Positions 31,050 through 48,960 of a DNA stretch of 64,000 bases are shown here, in pieces. The stretch's first letter is position 1. Each line of letters starts with the position of its first letter. The stretch is from the human T2T-CHM13v2.0 reference genome, Homo sapiens. Position numbers and translations under genes: made by a program. Location of the stretch: NCBI RefSeq assembly GCF_009914755.1, contig NC_060934.1; one strand, written 5' to 3'. The notes below the pieces were generated by a model. That model worked only from the letters and a program-made list of their open reading frames with translations, had not been told where the DNA came from and did no database searches.

Positions 31050-31415
31050 TGTCTGAGACTGTTTTGCGCTCCCATGACAGAATACCAGACTGAGTAATTT
31101 ATGAAGGGAAATTTAGTAGCTCGTAGTTCTGGGGGTTGAGAAGTCTAAGGTTGAGGCACCCGCAGGTTCAGTAACTGGTGAGGCCATCTTCTTCCAAGAT
31201 GGTGCCTTGCATGCTGCATCATCACATAGCAGAAGGTGGAATGTCAAGTGCAAGAGCCCACTCCCAAAAGCACTTTTATAGCAGCATTGATACATTCATA
31301 AGGATGGAACTCTCATGAACTAATCACCTCCCATTAAGCATCACTTCCCAACATTGTTGCATCGGGATTAAGTTTCCAACACATGAATTTTGGAGGATAC
31401 ATTCAAACTATAGCA
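31050..31415 (-). mobile_element. MLT1A/MSTD-like solo MaLR LTR
   Basis: TG...CA termini, ccaagatggtgccttg, ttccaacacatgaattttgg; TSD ggcat at 31045-31049 and 31416-31420. Confidence 0.9.
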
Positions 31416-32125
31416 GGCATGTAGAGAAAAAAACTGCCTCTTAATCTATTTTTATTTATCCCATACCCTGCCTGTGTCCATCTCTAGATAATCACTTTTA
31501 TTTGCTTCTTATATTTCTCTCTTGAATTTCTTTCCACAAACACATACTATGTGTATAGATATATATTTTCAATTTTTCAACTTTTTAAATTAAGTGCTCA
31601 ATACATTGATTTTTTTACTCTTTCTTTATTGATAATTATCTGTGACTCCAAATTTTCCTAGGACCACTGTTTTAGCTCTATTTCACAGTTTCTAATATTT
31701 TGCTACCATTATTTTCCAGAAATTTTATAATTTAAAGTTGCTTATATTTTCCGTTTGACCCATGAATTACTTAAAAGAGAGTTTGGGGGCTTTTATTTTT
31801 GTTTTTTAATTTCCACATTGGAGCAGGGTTTGTCGTCGTTCACGTTATTAATTTCTAGCTTTATTGAGGCACATATGGTTTAATCTTTGGGACTGTATTG
31901 AAACGTTCTCTATGAATTGTGAACATTTTACAGTCAAGTGCAGAAAATACTCCATGGAGTACTTAAAAAGGTTTATCTTCTTTATTTCAAAGTAAAAGTA
32001 TGTGTATACACACATATACATTTCTATATCCAATTCATACTTTTGATGTCTACTTGCTCTATGTTGAACTGAGAAGTCATGATGTCATGAATATTAACAT
32101 TTCAGTTATTCTCTCTTTTTTATCA

Positions 32126-32129
<4 letters not shown>

Positions 32130-32176
<47 letters not shown>
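32130..32176. repeat. (TA)n microsatellite at Alu tail
   Basis: Perfect TA run joined to the Alu poly-T. Confidence 0.95.
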
Positions 32177-32191
<15 letters not shown>

Positions 32192-32475
32192 CTGAGACAG
32201 AGTCTTTCTCTGTGGCCCAGGCTGGAGTGCAGTGGTGCCATCTTGGCTCTCTGCAACCTCTACCTCCCAAGCTCAAGCGATTCTCCTGCCTCAGCCTCTG
32301 GAGTAGCTGAGATTATAGGCACATGTCACCACACCTGGCTAATTTTTGTATTTTTAGTAGAGGCAGGGTTTCACTGTGTTGGCCAGGCTAGTCTCAAACT
32401 ACTAACCTCTAGTGGTCCGCCCACCTCAGCCTCCCAAAGTGCTGGGATTACAGGCATGAGCCTCCACACCAGGCC
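32177..32475 (-). mobile_element. AluS (Sx/Sz-like)
   Basis: Antisense full dimer. Confidence 0.95.
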
Positions 32476-32493
32476 AAATACCTTATTTTTTTA

Positions 32494-32832
<339 letters not shown>

Positions 32833-33006
32833 AATATGAGAAAAGTTGTTTTGGTACATAGATATTCACAACTATCATTGCATATTGTATCTATTAGTAT
32901 TCAGCATGGTAAAGTTAGTTTCATCTCATTTAATGCTTTTTAGTTTAACATTCACTTTCACTGATATTTCTATTGTGACTCCTTTTTTGTATTTACCTGG
33001 TGACAT

Positions 33007-33485
33007 TTTTAAACAGCTTCAGTGGGATGGAATTCTGCTATACTTCAACCATTTAAACTGTAGAATTCAATAGTTTTTAGTATATTTATAGTTGTGCAAC
33101 CATCACCACATTCAATTTTAGAACATTTTCATCACCCACAAAAAGAAACGCTATTAGCAGGCACTCCCCATGTCCTTCAAAGCCTCCAGTTCTAGTTAAC
33201 TACTAACCTACTTTCTGTCTCTATAGGTTTGACTATGCCAGACATCTCATATAAATGGAATCACACAATAATGTAACCATTTGTGAGTGGCATAGCACAA
33301 TGTTTTCCAGGTTCATCCATGTTGTAGCATGTATCAATATTTCATTTCTTCTTATTGCTAAGTAATATTCCATTGTATGGATATATCACATTTTGTTTAT
33401 CCATTCATCAGTAATTTCTACTTTTTAGCAATTATGACTAATGCTGTTATAAATATTTGTATACAAGTTTTTGTGTGGACATCCT
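33007..33485 (-). mobile_element. L1MB 3' end fragment
   Basis: gttgtgcaaccatcaccac...ttttagaacattttcatcaccc...ggttcatccatgttgtagcatg. Confidence 0.85.
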
Positions 33486-33939
33486 GGTATACTTTTCACA
33501 CTTTTTATTTTCAGTTCTTCTGAATTGCATTTTAAAGTACTTTCTTTGCTTGTATACAATGGACGGTGGTCTTACCTTATGGTGAAATCTGAAACTATTA
33601 TTTTACTGGATGCATAAAGACCATATGCAAAAACATAAAAGAAAATTAATACCACCCATAATGGTATACTCAGGTATAAACTGTCTTTGATATATCTTCT
33701 TCAAATCTTCATAAAGTTCATATATTCCTTTTCAAAACGAAATTGAGATCATTCAGCAGATGGGTTTTGTACATGTTTTTCTCTTAACATTATCCACAAA
33801 TATTTTTCCTCTTCATTAAAAATAAATCTATAAATTTAATAGCTGCATAACATTCCACTGAATAATTATACAATAGCACATAATTTTAAAATGTGGTTGT
33901 TTTCTTATCTAGCATTCTCCTAGATTTTGTAAACAATGA

Positions 33940-34110
33940 AAATAACAGTATTACTTAAATTTATTCAATACCATGTACTGGGCACTTATCTAAGTGCTTC
34001 ACTTATTTAATCCTAACAACAATCCTATGGGGTAGACATTTTGTTGCCTATTTTAGAGATAAGAAAACTGAGGTCCAAGGTTGTCGAACAATGTTCCCAA
34101 AGTTAAAAAT
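33940..34110 (-). mobile_element. MIR fragment
   Basis: tttaatcctaacaacaatcctatggggtag...ttttagagataagaaaactgagg. Confidence 0.8.
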
Positions 34111-34340
34111 AAGAATGTCCTAAATATGTAGTTCCCCTCTACTTTATTAAAACATCCCTCTATATTGTCTATATTTTATACACTTCTCAGTGTACCTCTT
34201 CTGGATTGACTGATTAAACTTTTCCATTTAGGGATAATCCATATCATTGGACATTAAAATGTTTCCCAGGAATGGTATTTTCTCTAACTTGTGGAAATTG
34301 AGCTAAATTGTTGTGTTTTTTTTTTCCTATTTTCCCACAG

Positions 34341-34405
34341 CGGGGGAAAAGCATCCTTGAGTAAACCCAAAGGTTTCCGCATACCCCTGAGGAAAGAATG
34401 AGAAG
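34341..34405 (+). other. Candidate 65-nt non-coding cassette exon
   Basis: Long pyrimidine tract ending tttcccacag| and donor aag|gtaact; stops in all three frames; no transcript evidence. Confidence 0.3.
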
Positions 34406-35329
34406 GTAACTGTTCTTACAGCAATCATGATATGGGACTTTCTATGTTCAGGAGCAAAGGGGAATCCATAGAAAAGGGCACAAGAGGCAGCTGGCTGGCT
34501 CAGAGCTATCCACACTGCATGGCAGAGACTTGAGACAAATGCAGCATTGGTGGGAGCCAAGGTAAAGCCATGCCAGACAGGGTGGACCACTAGGTCCTGA
34601 CAAAACTGCATCTAAGGTTCCATCAGGAGTTATATCATTTGCAGACTTTAGGAGCATATGCAAATATGCTGCCTAGGAATGAAGTCCACTAAATCCGGCT
34701 CACTAGTTATCAGCCAGTATATACCCAAGGACAAGACCAGCACAAGGCCAGGGTCTAAGTCTCACTCTACAAACATACTTGAACACTAATTCAGAAAAAA
34801 GCAACACCACTATTTGCATCTGTGCTTCAAATAGGGGACAGAGACAGTTCACTGCCCTTACATCTACTATAAGGTAACAAAGAAAAAATAAGTTCAAAGA
34901 AAAGGCATCTATCTTTTGGTTTAAGAACTTTTATATTTCCTAAGTCCCTACAAAGCTAAAAAGCAAAGCCTCTTTTACATCTTAAGAGACATTTGATCAT
35001 TTGAATAATATTAAAAAATTTTATGTATTTAATGTGTTTTAGGGTTTCTCTAATATTCTGGAAAATAACTGACCTGGCCCAATTAGTTCTAAAGCTTTCT
35101 TTTCGCAGTAAACTCTAGCATTCTCTTTTTAAAATTTAAGCATCTCTGTTAACTAAATTTTTAAAAGGTTAATAAAATTTTATTTTACATGGTTGCAAAC
35201 TTATTTTAATAGTGATAACTTCACAATAGTAATCTTTTAAAATTATTTTCTTAAACACAATATAGTTAACACCTAGGAATATCCCTATGTTGTAACACTA
35301 CTGCAAAATTAAGCAAGATTTTACAATTT

Positions 35330-35510
35330 TTAAAGTACTTCTAATGTAACTTATTTCACTTAATCTAAACTATAATCCTACGAACTAGATAGAAATTATC
35401 TCGTTTTATAGATAAGACAATGGGTTTACAGAAATTGAATAATATGTCCAAAATGAAACTGGTAGTAAATGGAAGAACCAGGACTGAATCCCAGATCTTC
35501 CGCTTTCAAA
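35330..35510 (-). mobile_element. MIR fragment
   Basis: ttttatagataagacaatggg...gtaaatggaagaaccaggactgaatcccagatct. Confidence 0.7.
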
Positions 35511-35725
35511 AAACAAAGCAGACAGGAAAAGTCACTGTCTCCTCATGAAGTTGTCAAGACTCTGATGTGGCTAGGGCTTCTATGGCTATAACTTATTTTT
35601 GAAGGTTCTATACTTCCCACTGAGGGTCTATCTTTTCCATTTCCAAGTGTAATCCAACCTCAGCCCTTTGTCATTCAATTCTGACACAAATATTACTAAC
35701 ATTTCATATTTTAAGAAAGTCTATA

Positions 35726-36047
35726 CAGTTAGTCCTACATATCTATGGGTTCCACAGATTTCAATCCATGAATTCAATCAACCATGTGTTGGAAATAAAT
35801 AACTGAAAAGTAACAATACAACAATAAAAATAATATAAATTTAAAAACCAATACAGCAAAACAACTATTTACATAGAATTTACACTGTATTATGTATTAA
35901 AAGTAATCTAGAAATGATGTAAATCTAGATGTGTGTAGGTTATATGAAAATACTAACCCATTTTATATCAAGGAGTTGGGCACCCTCAGATTTTGGTATC
36001 AATAAGGGTCCTGGAATAAATCCCCAACAAATGCTGAGAGATGACTG
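35726..36047. mobile_element. MER2 MITE (opposite orientation to the 15.9-kb copy)
   Basis: TA|CAG...CTG|TA termini; agtaatctagaaatgat, agattttggtatc...gggtcctggaa. Confidence 0.88.
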
Positions 36048-36635
36048 TATATTTTGCAAATAGGCTATTTTCAATTCCATTGCTTTTAGCCTTCTTGAAT
36101 TTTACAGAGCTTAAGTCTCTCTTAGTATTTCTTTGGTATGATATAATAAACCCTAGATGAGTACTTCTTATGTGCCACTTTTATTCTTAACTCCATCTTA
36201 CCTGAATCATTAAAATGCAAAAATCATCTGTTCCATTTAGGTATGTAGAAAACGTTGGTTCTTAAAAATCTCTTAAAATATTGCTACTTTATTTATTACA
36301 TATAGAAAATATGTTCTGAAATTTCCATAAGAAAAAAGTCACAGAATCAGCTTCACTTATGATAATTATTTTATTGACATAGACTTTAACAGGGTTTGGG
36401 TTCAATTTACATACGATGTTAATAATATTTTATCAGTAATATTTCACCAACAATTTTTGAACCTGCATAGGCTGACTAAAGTGCTAGGGTTCTCATAAAC
36501 TAGTACATAAAGAGCAGGTCTGATTTTAATATAAGAGAAAAACAATGTTAACATTAAATATGCATTATTATATTTTAAACATCTCCTTTTTTTCAAAGCT
36601 TTGGTTATATAATATTAATAATAGCATTCTCGTTC

Positions 36636-36645
36636 CAAGATGGCC
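36636..36645 (+). promoter_or_regulatory. YY1 site of the L1 internal promoter
   Basis: caagatggcc at the L1 5' end, the established YY1 position. Confidence 0.75.
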
Positions 36646-36894
36646 AAATAGGAACAGCTCCAGTCTACAGCTCCCAGCGTGAGTGATGCAGAAGATGGGT
36701 GATTTCTGCATTTCCAACTGAGGTACTGGGTTCATCTCACTGGGGCTTGTCAGACAGTGGGTGCAGGACAGTGGGTGCAGCCCACCGAGTGTGAGCTGAA
36801 GCAGCGCGAGGCATCGCCTCACCCAGCAAGTGCAAGGGGTCAGGGAATTCCCTTTCCTAGCCAAGGGAAGCTGTGACAGACGGCACCTGGAAAA

Positions 36895-37077
36895 TCAGGT
36901 CACTCCCACTCTAATACTGCGCTTTTCCAACAGTCTTAGCAAATGGCACACCAGGAGATTATATCCCGCACATGGCTCACAGGGACCCATGCCCGTGGAG
37001 TCTCGCTCATTGCTAGCACAGTAGTCTGAGATCAAACTGCAAGGCAGCAGCGAGGCTGGGGGAGGGGTGACCGCCAT
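36895..37077 (-). other. ORF0: L1 antisense ORF0 homologue, 60 aa (shortened by an early TGA)
   Basis: MAVTPPPASLLPCSLISDYCASNERDS...EKRSIRVGVT matches the primate L1 ORF0 peptide as I recall it; ATG in strong context gcaATGg. Confidence 0.8.
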
Positions 37078-37395
37078 TGCTGAGGCTTGGGTAGGTAAAC
37101 AAAGCAGGCTGGAAGCTTGAACTGGGTGGAACCCACCACAGCTAAAGGAAGCCTGCCTGCCTCTGTAGGCTCCAACCCTGGGGGCAGGGCATAGCTGAAC
37201 AAAAGGCAGCAGAAACCTCTGCGGATTTAAATGTCCCTGTCTGACAGCTTTGAAGAGAGTAGTGGTTCTCCAAGCACAGAGTTTGAGACCTAAGAACAGA
37301 CAGACTGCCTCCTCAAGTGGGTCCCTGATCCCCGAGTAGCCTAAATGGGAGGCACCCCCTAGTAGGGGCAGAGTGACACCTCACACGGCTGGGTA

Positions 37396-37523
37396 TCCCT
37401 CTGAGACGAAGCTTCCAGAGAAACAATGAGGCAGCTACATTTCCTGTTCAGCAATATTCACCGTTCTGCAGCCTCCACTGCTGATACCCAGGCAAACAGG
37501 GTCTGGAGTGGACCTCCAGCAAA
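37396..37523 (+). promoter_or_regulatory. ~129-bp 5'UTR segment (ZNF93-bound region) retained; deleted in L1PA2/L1HS
   Basis: Extra sequence between gggta and ctccagcagaactgcagctg relative to L1HS; boundaries approximate. Confidence 0.7.
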
Positions 37524-37652
37524 CTCCAGCAGAACTGCAGCTGAGGGTCCTGACTATTAGAATGAAAACTAACAAACAGAAAGGACATTTACACCAAAAC
37601 CCCATCTGTATGTCACCATCATCAAAGACTAAAGGCAGATAAAACCACAAAG

Positions 37653-38665
37653 ATGGGGAAAAAACAGAGCAGAAAAGCTGAAAATTCTAAAAATCAGAGC
37701 ACCTCTACTCCTCCAAAGGAACGCAGCTCCTTGTCAGCAATGGAACAAAGCTGGGTGGAGAATGACTTTGACAAGTTGAGAGAAGAAGGCTTCAGACAAT
37801 CAAACTTCTCCGAGCTAAAGAAGGAAGTTCGAATCCATCGCAAAGAAGCTAAAAACCTTGAAAAAAGATTAGATGAATGGCTTACTAGAATAACCAGCAT
37901 AGAGAAGTCCTTAAATGACCTGATGGAGCTAAAAACCATGGCACAAGAACTACATGACAAATACATAAGCTTCAGTACCCAACTCGATCAACTGGAAGAA
38001 AGGGTATCAGTGATGGAAGATCAAATGAATGAAATGAAGTGAGAAGAGAAGTTTAGAGAAAAAAGAGTAAAAAGAAACAAATAAAACCTCCAAGAAATAG
38101 GGGACTATGTGAAAAGACCAAATCTACATCTGACTGGTGTACCTGAAAGTGACGGGGAGAACAGAACCAAGTTGGAAAACACTCTGCAGGATATTAGCCA
38201 GGAGAACTTTCCCAATCTAGCAAGGCAGACCAACATTCAAATTCAGGAAATACAGATAACGCCACAAAGATACTCCTCAAAAACAGCAACTTCAAGACAC
38301 ATAATTGTCAGATTCACCAAAGTTGAAATGAAGGAAAAAATGTTAAGGGCAGCCAGAGAGAAAGGTCGGGTTACCCTCAAAGGGAAGCCCATCAGACTAA
38401 CAGCAGATCTCTCGTCAGAAACTCTACAAGCCAGAAGAGACTAGGGGCCAATATTCAACATTCTTAAAGAAAAGAATTTTCAACCCAGAATTTCATATCC
38501 AGCCAAACTAAGCTTCATAAGTGAAGGAGAAATAAAATACTTTACACACAAGCAAAGGCTGATTTTGTCACCACCAGGCCTGCCCTAAAAGAGCTCCTGA
38601 AGGAAGCACTAAACATGGAAAGGAACAACCGGTACCAGCCACTGCAAAAACATGCCAAATTGTAA
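37653..38665 (+). pseudogene. L1 ORF1p, disrupted
   Basis: MGKKQSRK... with premature stops at 38040-38042 and 38442-38444. Confidence 0.95.
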
Positions 38666-38728
38666 AGACCATCGAGGCTAGGAAGCAACTGCATCAACTA
38701 ACGAGCAAAATAACCAGCTAACATCATA

Positions 38729-42474
<3,746 letters not shown>

Positions 42475-42894
42475 ACAATGAGAACACATGGACACAGGAA
42501 GGGGAACATCACACACCGGGGCCTGTCGTGGGGTCGGGGGAGAGGGGAGGGATAGCATTAGGAGATATAACTAACGTAAATGACGAGTTAATGGGTGCAG
42601 CACACCAACATGGCACATGTATACATATGTAACAAACCTGCATATTGTGCACATGTACCCTAGAACTTAAAATATAATAAAAAAAAAAAAAAAAGAAAAG
42701 CTAGGAGTCAAAACATCATAGAAACATCATAGTCTAGTGAGGGGTATCCAGCCTGTCTATTGCTACAGTTTTTCATCCATGGCCTTTTTATGTCTAACTA
42801 AACCCTATTTAGATTTCCCTGGTAGTAACTGTAACAGATAGTATTTATGTGTCTGTCTTTTCCAACCAGACTATAATCTTCTCAAGAGAGATTC

Positions 42895-44235
42895 TAGTGG
42901 ATGTGCACTGATATCATATTGTGCTTTTAATTTCAACTTTCCTGTTGGTTAATGATGTTAAGCATCTTTTCATGTGCTTATTAGCCATTTGAATATCTTC
43001 TTTGGAAAAATGTCTAATCATGTCCTTTTCCCATTTTTTAATCAGGTTATTTTTTTTTTCTCTGTGAGTGTTTTCTGTCTCTTTTTAATTGGGTTTTTTT
43101 TTATAATCGAGTTGTAAGAGTTTTTTTTTTCTATTCTGGATAGAAGACCTTTACCAGATATATAATATGCAATTTTTTGTCCAGCTTGTGACTTGTCTTT
43201 TTATTTTCTTAATAGTGTCTTTTGAAGTACAAAAGTTTTTAATTTTAATGAGGTTAAATTTATCATTTTTTTCATGGCCCTAGCTGTTATGGTTATGTCT
43301 AAGAACTCTTTGCCCACACCAAGAACATGAGAACTTTCTCCTATCTTTTATTGTAGAAGATTTATAGTTTTACCTGGTACATTATGTCTATGGTCCATTT
43401 TGAGCTAAACTTCGTGTGTGGTCTGAGGTAATGATCTAAATTTATTTTTTTTAATCCGAATATCCACTTGTCCCAGTACTACTTGTTGAAAAGACTAGCT
43501 TTTCACTCTTATATTGTTTTAATACCTTTGTCAAAAATCATAAGCGATTATTGCAAACTCTTAATTCTGTTCCATTTATCTGTATACCTATCTTTATACA
43601 AATACCACACTGTCTCCATTATTATAGTATTACAAAATGTTTTGATATTGAGTAGTAAAAATTTTCTAAATTTGTTCTTCCTTTTTCAAAATTATTTTGG
43701 TTATTCTAGATCCTTTGCATTTCTTTATAAATTTTAGGAGAAACCTGTCAATTTCTACACAAAAGCCTACTGGGATTTTGATAAAGATTGTGTTAAATCT
43801 GCAGATTAATTTGAGGAAAACTGTCATCTTAACAATATTGAGTTCTCCAATCCATGATCATAGGCTGTCTATTTTAAATTTTCTTTATTTCAAGAATGGT
43901 TTATAAAATGCAATGTACAATTATCATACTTTTGTTAAATTGTTGGTAGATGCCCTTTATCAGAATGAAGTTTCTTCTAGTTTGCTGAGAATTTTTATTA
44001 TAAATGTTGGGTTTTATCAAATGTTTTTTCTGCATCTTTGAGATGATGTATTTTTGTCCTTCATTCTATTAATATGATATATACATTGCACTACTGATTT
44101 TCAAATATAAAGACAATCTTGCATTTCTGAAATAAATCCAACTGGGTCATGATATATATAATCTTTTTTATAAGTTTTACATGTTGTTGAATTGACTTTG
44201 TTAGTAAGTTATTAAAGAACTTTGTATCTAAAAAT
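42895..44235 (-). mobile_element. Old L1M ORF2 fragment(s)
   Basis: agcatcttttcatgtgcttattagccatt, tcccagtactacttgttgaaaagact, cttaacaatattgagttctccaatccatga. Confidence 0.85.
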
Positions 44236-44249
44236 AATAATAATAATAA

Positions 44250-44470
44250 TATTAATAATGGCTGCCACTTACCTAAGGGCTTACTATAAGATAGATACTG
44301 TGCTAAACCTAAACATACAAACTACTTAATCTTCATAATAACCTTATGAAGTAGATAATATTATCCCCATTTATAGCTAAGAAAGTTGGGGCTTAAAGTG
44401 GTTATTTTCCAAAGTTTCACTATTAAAGTTAAAGTTAGCATTCTAGTCCTGCTGACTCATTCTAGGCCTT
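44250..44470 (-). mobile_element. MIR fragment
   Basis: ttaatcttcataataaccttatgaagtagataatattatccccattt. Confidence 0.75.
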
Positions 44471-44475
44471 TCTGA

Positions 44476-44800
<325 letters not shown>

Positions 44801-46809
44801 TAAGAATTTACTACTTTTCACTAATTTTTCTATATCCTTTTCTCTGATATTAATCTGATAATAGTTTAGACATCTTTTGAAACAGAGTATTTAAACCTTC
44901 CCTTAAAGAAACTTTCCTTTAGTTATGAAAGATTAACCAACCATACTTTTAAGTACCAATCAGTTTCTATTCTGATACTGCAATTTTTTGAAATTTCTAC
45001 CATTGGTTTTTCTAGCCCTTTATCATGTCTTAGCAATTATCTCCCTATTTCCCATCTAATTTGGAAAATGGGTTAGTACTTTCCATCAAACCATGCCGTC
45101 TTCTACCTCAAGCAACACTAAGCATAAATTTAATTTTACATGTGCCTATTAAGATTGTAATTCTAAATTATATTTTTATTTTGCATTTATTTTTAGATCA
45201 ATATTTAACACTTTGTTTAGTGAGCTACCCTGGAAATCAAGAACATATATTCAACTTATTGTTCTCCATGGCACCATTATACCTATATACACATTTAATT
45301 TTCAGTTAATAAATGACTGACTGATAAAAGACTACTCAAAATACCAATAGCACATTATTGGAAATTTTATGGAAGTTTCTGAACTTCTAGATGAACATTC
45401 AACAAGTACCTCCCAGGTACACGCTCATTTAGTATATTTGGTTTTCTTGGAATGAAGAAAGAGAAGAAAATGAACACTAAGTATTTCCTGGATTCATTAT
45501 TCTAAAAGAGCATCCTATTATCCTTCTGCAAATATTAATATTCCACTGAGAAGCAAGATTGAACTATTTGTAAGGAGACCTTTTAACAGCTTAAATCTGT
45601 TTTGCTTTTTCAATTAGGATATAAAAATATAGACCTAACTCCTATAAATTAAACAGACTATTCCTCTCTAGATGAAGGAATTAAAAATGGCTGAAGCAGA
45701 TAGTGACATTCCATGCCTCCTCTTTGAAAGATAGTTCAGAGCGCCTGGAAAGCAAAGATACTGTTATTTTGAGCTACTACATAGCAAACAGCTAAGAATG
45801 AAAAAAAGAGACAGGTAACTAGGCAGTTGGAAAAGTGACTTGTGCCAGAGGATTTGAGAGTCTGTTGAAAGCCTATTATACTCTGAGAGATTAGAAGAAA
45901 AGTACTAAGCAAGTATTTTATAACTTTGGACTAACAGACATAAGCTAAAAAGAGGCCATACTGAAAGAAACCTGTAGCAACTAGTGTGGTAAGTCTGAGA
46001 GAAGACACTGTTTAGAAAAAAAAAAAAAATCAGTTCATTTTAGTAACACAGTATACCCCTTATGTTTAGATATCTGTTTCTTCCAATTTCACTGTATATA
46101 TTTCATGGCTAACTTATTTTATCACATAAACAATCATAATTCTATTAAAAACACAAGCATGTGATAGAGGGATATTGTTTTTCTCCATTATCCCTGCCTA
46201 AAGTTTATTCATTACTCTATAACGAGACCATATTAGCAACTACCAATAGCCATCAAAAATAAAAGTGAAAGACTTATAGAAAATTTAGAAGTCCCTCCTA
46301 GGTTTATACTGTAGCCTTAGTCCTTTTAGCATGAAGTGGTTTCTTAAATTAGATGCTCTTGTAAGTGACACCTTTACTACAGGGACTTAAAAGTCTCAGT
46401 AGGCCATAAAAGGTTAAGTATATGGCACATTTTCAATAAAATTTAACTATATCCTCTCATGCATTTTACAATTCATATTCTTCCTTCAAGACTCAGGTAA
46501 GACATCCACATAGTGAAGCCCCTCCCTATTCCCCAGGCAAGTTAGTCTGAGTTCCACAACACTTTATCCCTATCTCTAAGAGTACAGCACTTATCCTCCA
46601 TGTGTTGTCATGAATCTCGGTCAGGAAGGCTCACCCAGGGTTGAAACACTAATGTACTTATGGCAACCATTTTGTGAGTGACAACCTCTGCATTCAACAA
46701 AGCAGCCTCTCAATAAAAATTGTGGAGTACATATACAAATCAAGTCTTTAATTGTATAACTGTTTTCCAATTGGGCAAAATGTTACTTCATTTCCAGGAA
46801 AGAAAGCAT

Positions 46810-46960
46810 TTTACAATGTAATGGGAAGAACAATGAACTCAAAATCCAAAGTTTAGATTTTAGTCCCACCTACATAACTGTGTGACCTTGAAAAAACAGC
46901 CTCAGTTTATCTACCTACAATGTATCAGGGTAAAACTTGATTTCTAATAACACTTTCAAA
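46810..46960 (+). mobile_element. MIR fragment
   Basis: taactgtgtgaccttgaaaaaacagcctcagtttatct. Confidence 0.65.
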
Positions 46961-48434
46961 TTAAATTTTATTTAATTTGGAAACTTTTTTATCTGGTTAA
47001 CTTTTTATGAGTTGCTTGGAATTATTGCCTAGAGTACTAAATGCTAAAATGATGACTTCAGCCAAGCAAACAAAAGAGTCATTCCCAACTGGCACAGGGT
47101 GGAATAGATTATTTCGCAGCTGAAACTGGCCAACTCCGAGAAAGGAATGATAATGCTAACCAGGAAGGTCTTGTGCTATATGGGGTTGTCTCTTTACTGC
47201 CTCTTCATCTCAAGAGAAGTGTTCTCAAGAATAAAACTGGCAGCATTCAATACCCACCAACACTCCAGAATGCGCTTTGGCTACAAAATCAATGTGGGCC
47301 CTGTGTTTCTCTTCCATTCTCCTCTTCTACAAAGAGGTTAAAGATGACATGAAGAAAAATTTTCCATACACTAGGTTGGGTATTGCTAGTTCATAAGAAA
47401 AGATATTATGGAGTTATCACAGATAACAATTAAGTTGGAAGAAATAAAAGTAGTAAACAAAAATGTTTAATATGAGTCGGGTTGTGGAGGTCCCATGAAA
47501 ATCAAGTTCTGTGAATCTACTCATATGAAGGATCAAGAAATAAAGGCCTGGAGTCAGTGATGTGAGGTGGGTGAGGGAGGAAATAAAAATTATTTAAGGA
47601 AGGCAGACCAACTTGTTCTCCAGAAATTATACGATAGCAAAAATTTGTATCACAAGCAAACATCTCTTAAACATCATAAAGAGAATTATCTGATTCAAAG
47701 ACATAAGGATATTAGTTCGTTGGTTTTTCCTCCTAAAAGAATATAATCTTGAAACTATTTTAAAAGAAAAAGACATGCTCTATAGCACTAGTTTACTGCA
47801 GTGTTTTCTGCTTAGTATATACTCTTCTTTTAGGCTAGGTAGGCCCACTTGAAAAAGAGACTGCATTAGCAGCTGGAGAGCCTAGTTGGCTCTTCAGCCG
47901 TAAATCCTCTCTTAAGAGAGTGGTGCAGCAGCCACAGAATAAACGTAGAAACTGCTCCTCAGGGTATGTGCAAAAGCTCCACCCTTGAAAGGCATACTAT
48001 GTCCTACTTGCCCTATGAGAAGAGAATAATGAGTATTCTCCGTCCTTTCAACACAGATTATGACTTGAATGCACTGGAAAGGAGAAGACTTTGGAGAAGT
48101 AAGACTCAATTATACAAGGATATATAAAATCCCATTTTCCACAAAAGAAGTTGAAAAGTAGTAATCCTGGGAAAATATGTTCAGAGTAAATAGAAATTGG
48201 CCATTAAAAATAATGATTTTATGGATAAAATAAATATTATACTTAAATCCTAACGACAGAAGAAAAATACCACTTTTATTAATCTCTCCTTTACTAATAT
48301 ATTAGAAAGCACAAAAATTCTATTGAAATTACCCAAAAAAATTGCAAAAGCATCAGTCAAATCATCATTATTTTGTGTCAAATTATTCTCCTGCCTTTGT
48401 TGTTTTATCAAAAGACTCATGGACAGATCCAAGT

Positions 48435-48960
48435 TCATCTACATTTTCTCCTATGTTGTCATCTATATTTTCTCCTATGTTATCTTCTAAAAGCTTTACA
48501 GTTTATCATTTTACACTTAGGTCTATGATCCATTTTAAGTGATCCATTAAAATGGTTTATTAATCCATTTTTAATCCATGATCCATGAGTTAATTTTTAT
48601 GAAAGATATAAAGTCTGTTTTCAGACTCATTTTTTTTGTGTATCTAGATAGCCAGTTGTTCTGGTGCCATGTGTCAAAAAGACTATCCTTCCTCCATTGA
48701 ATTACCCTTCCTCCTTTGTCAAAGATCAGTTTACTATATATATGGGGGTCTATTTCTGCGCTCTCTATTCTGTCCCATTGATCTATTTGTCTATTCTTTC
48801 ACCAATATCACGTGGTCTTGATTATTGTCATTTTATAGTAAGTATTGAGTTGGGACTTGTCAGCCCTCTGACTTTGTTCTTCCTCTTTAGTATTGTGTTG
48901 GCTATTCTAGTTCTTTTGTCTTTCCATATACACTTTTATAAGTGAATTCATAATTTTGTA
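48435..48960 (-). mobile_element. L1MC/MD-like fragment starting with a 24-bp tandem duplication
   Basis: ttttacacttaggtctatgatccatttt, ctctctattctgtcccattgatctat; duplicate tcatcta(c/t)attttctcctatgtt at 48435 and 48459. Confidence 0.8.

Noticed and set aside
44437-44445. tagcattct as a distant TSD implying 3' transduction by the L1PA4
   Set aside because: The same 9-mer occurs elsewhere (~33910, ~35116) and there is no second poly-A tail before it
46604-46685. 82-bp segment with 7-bp terminal inverted repeat (gttgtca...tgacaac) as snoRNA or MITE
   Set aside because: No canonical C/D boxes, no TSD, and the stem is too short to exceed chance
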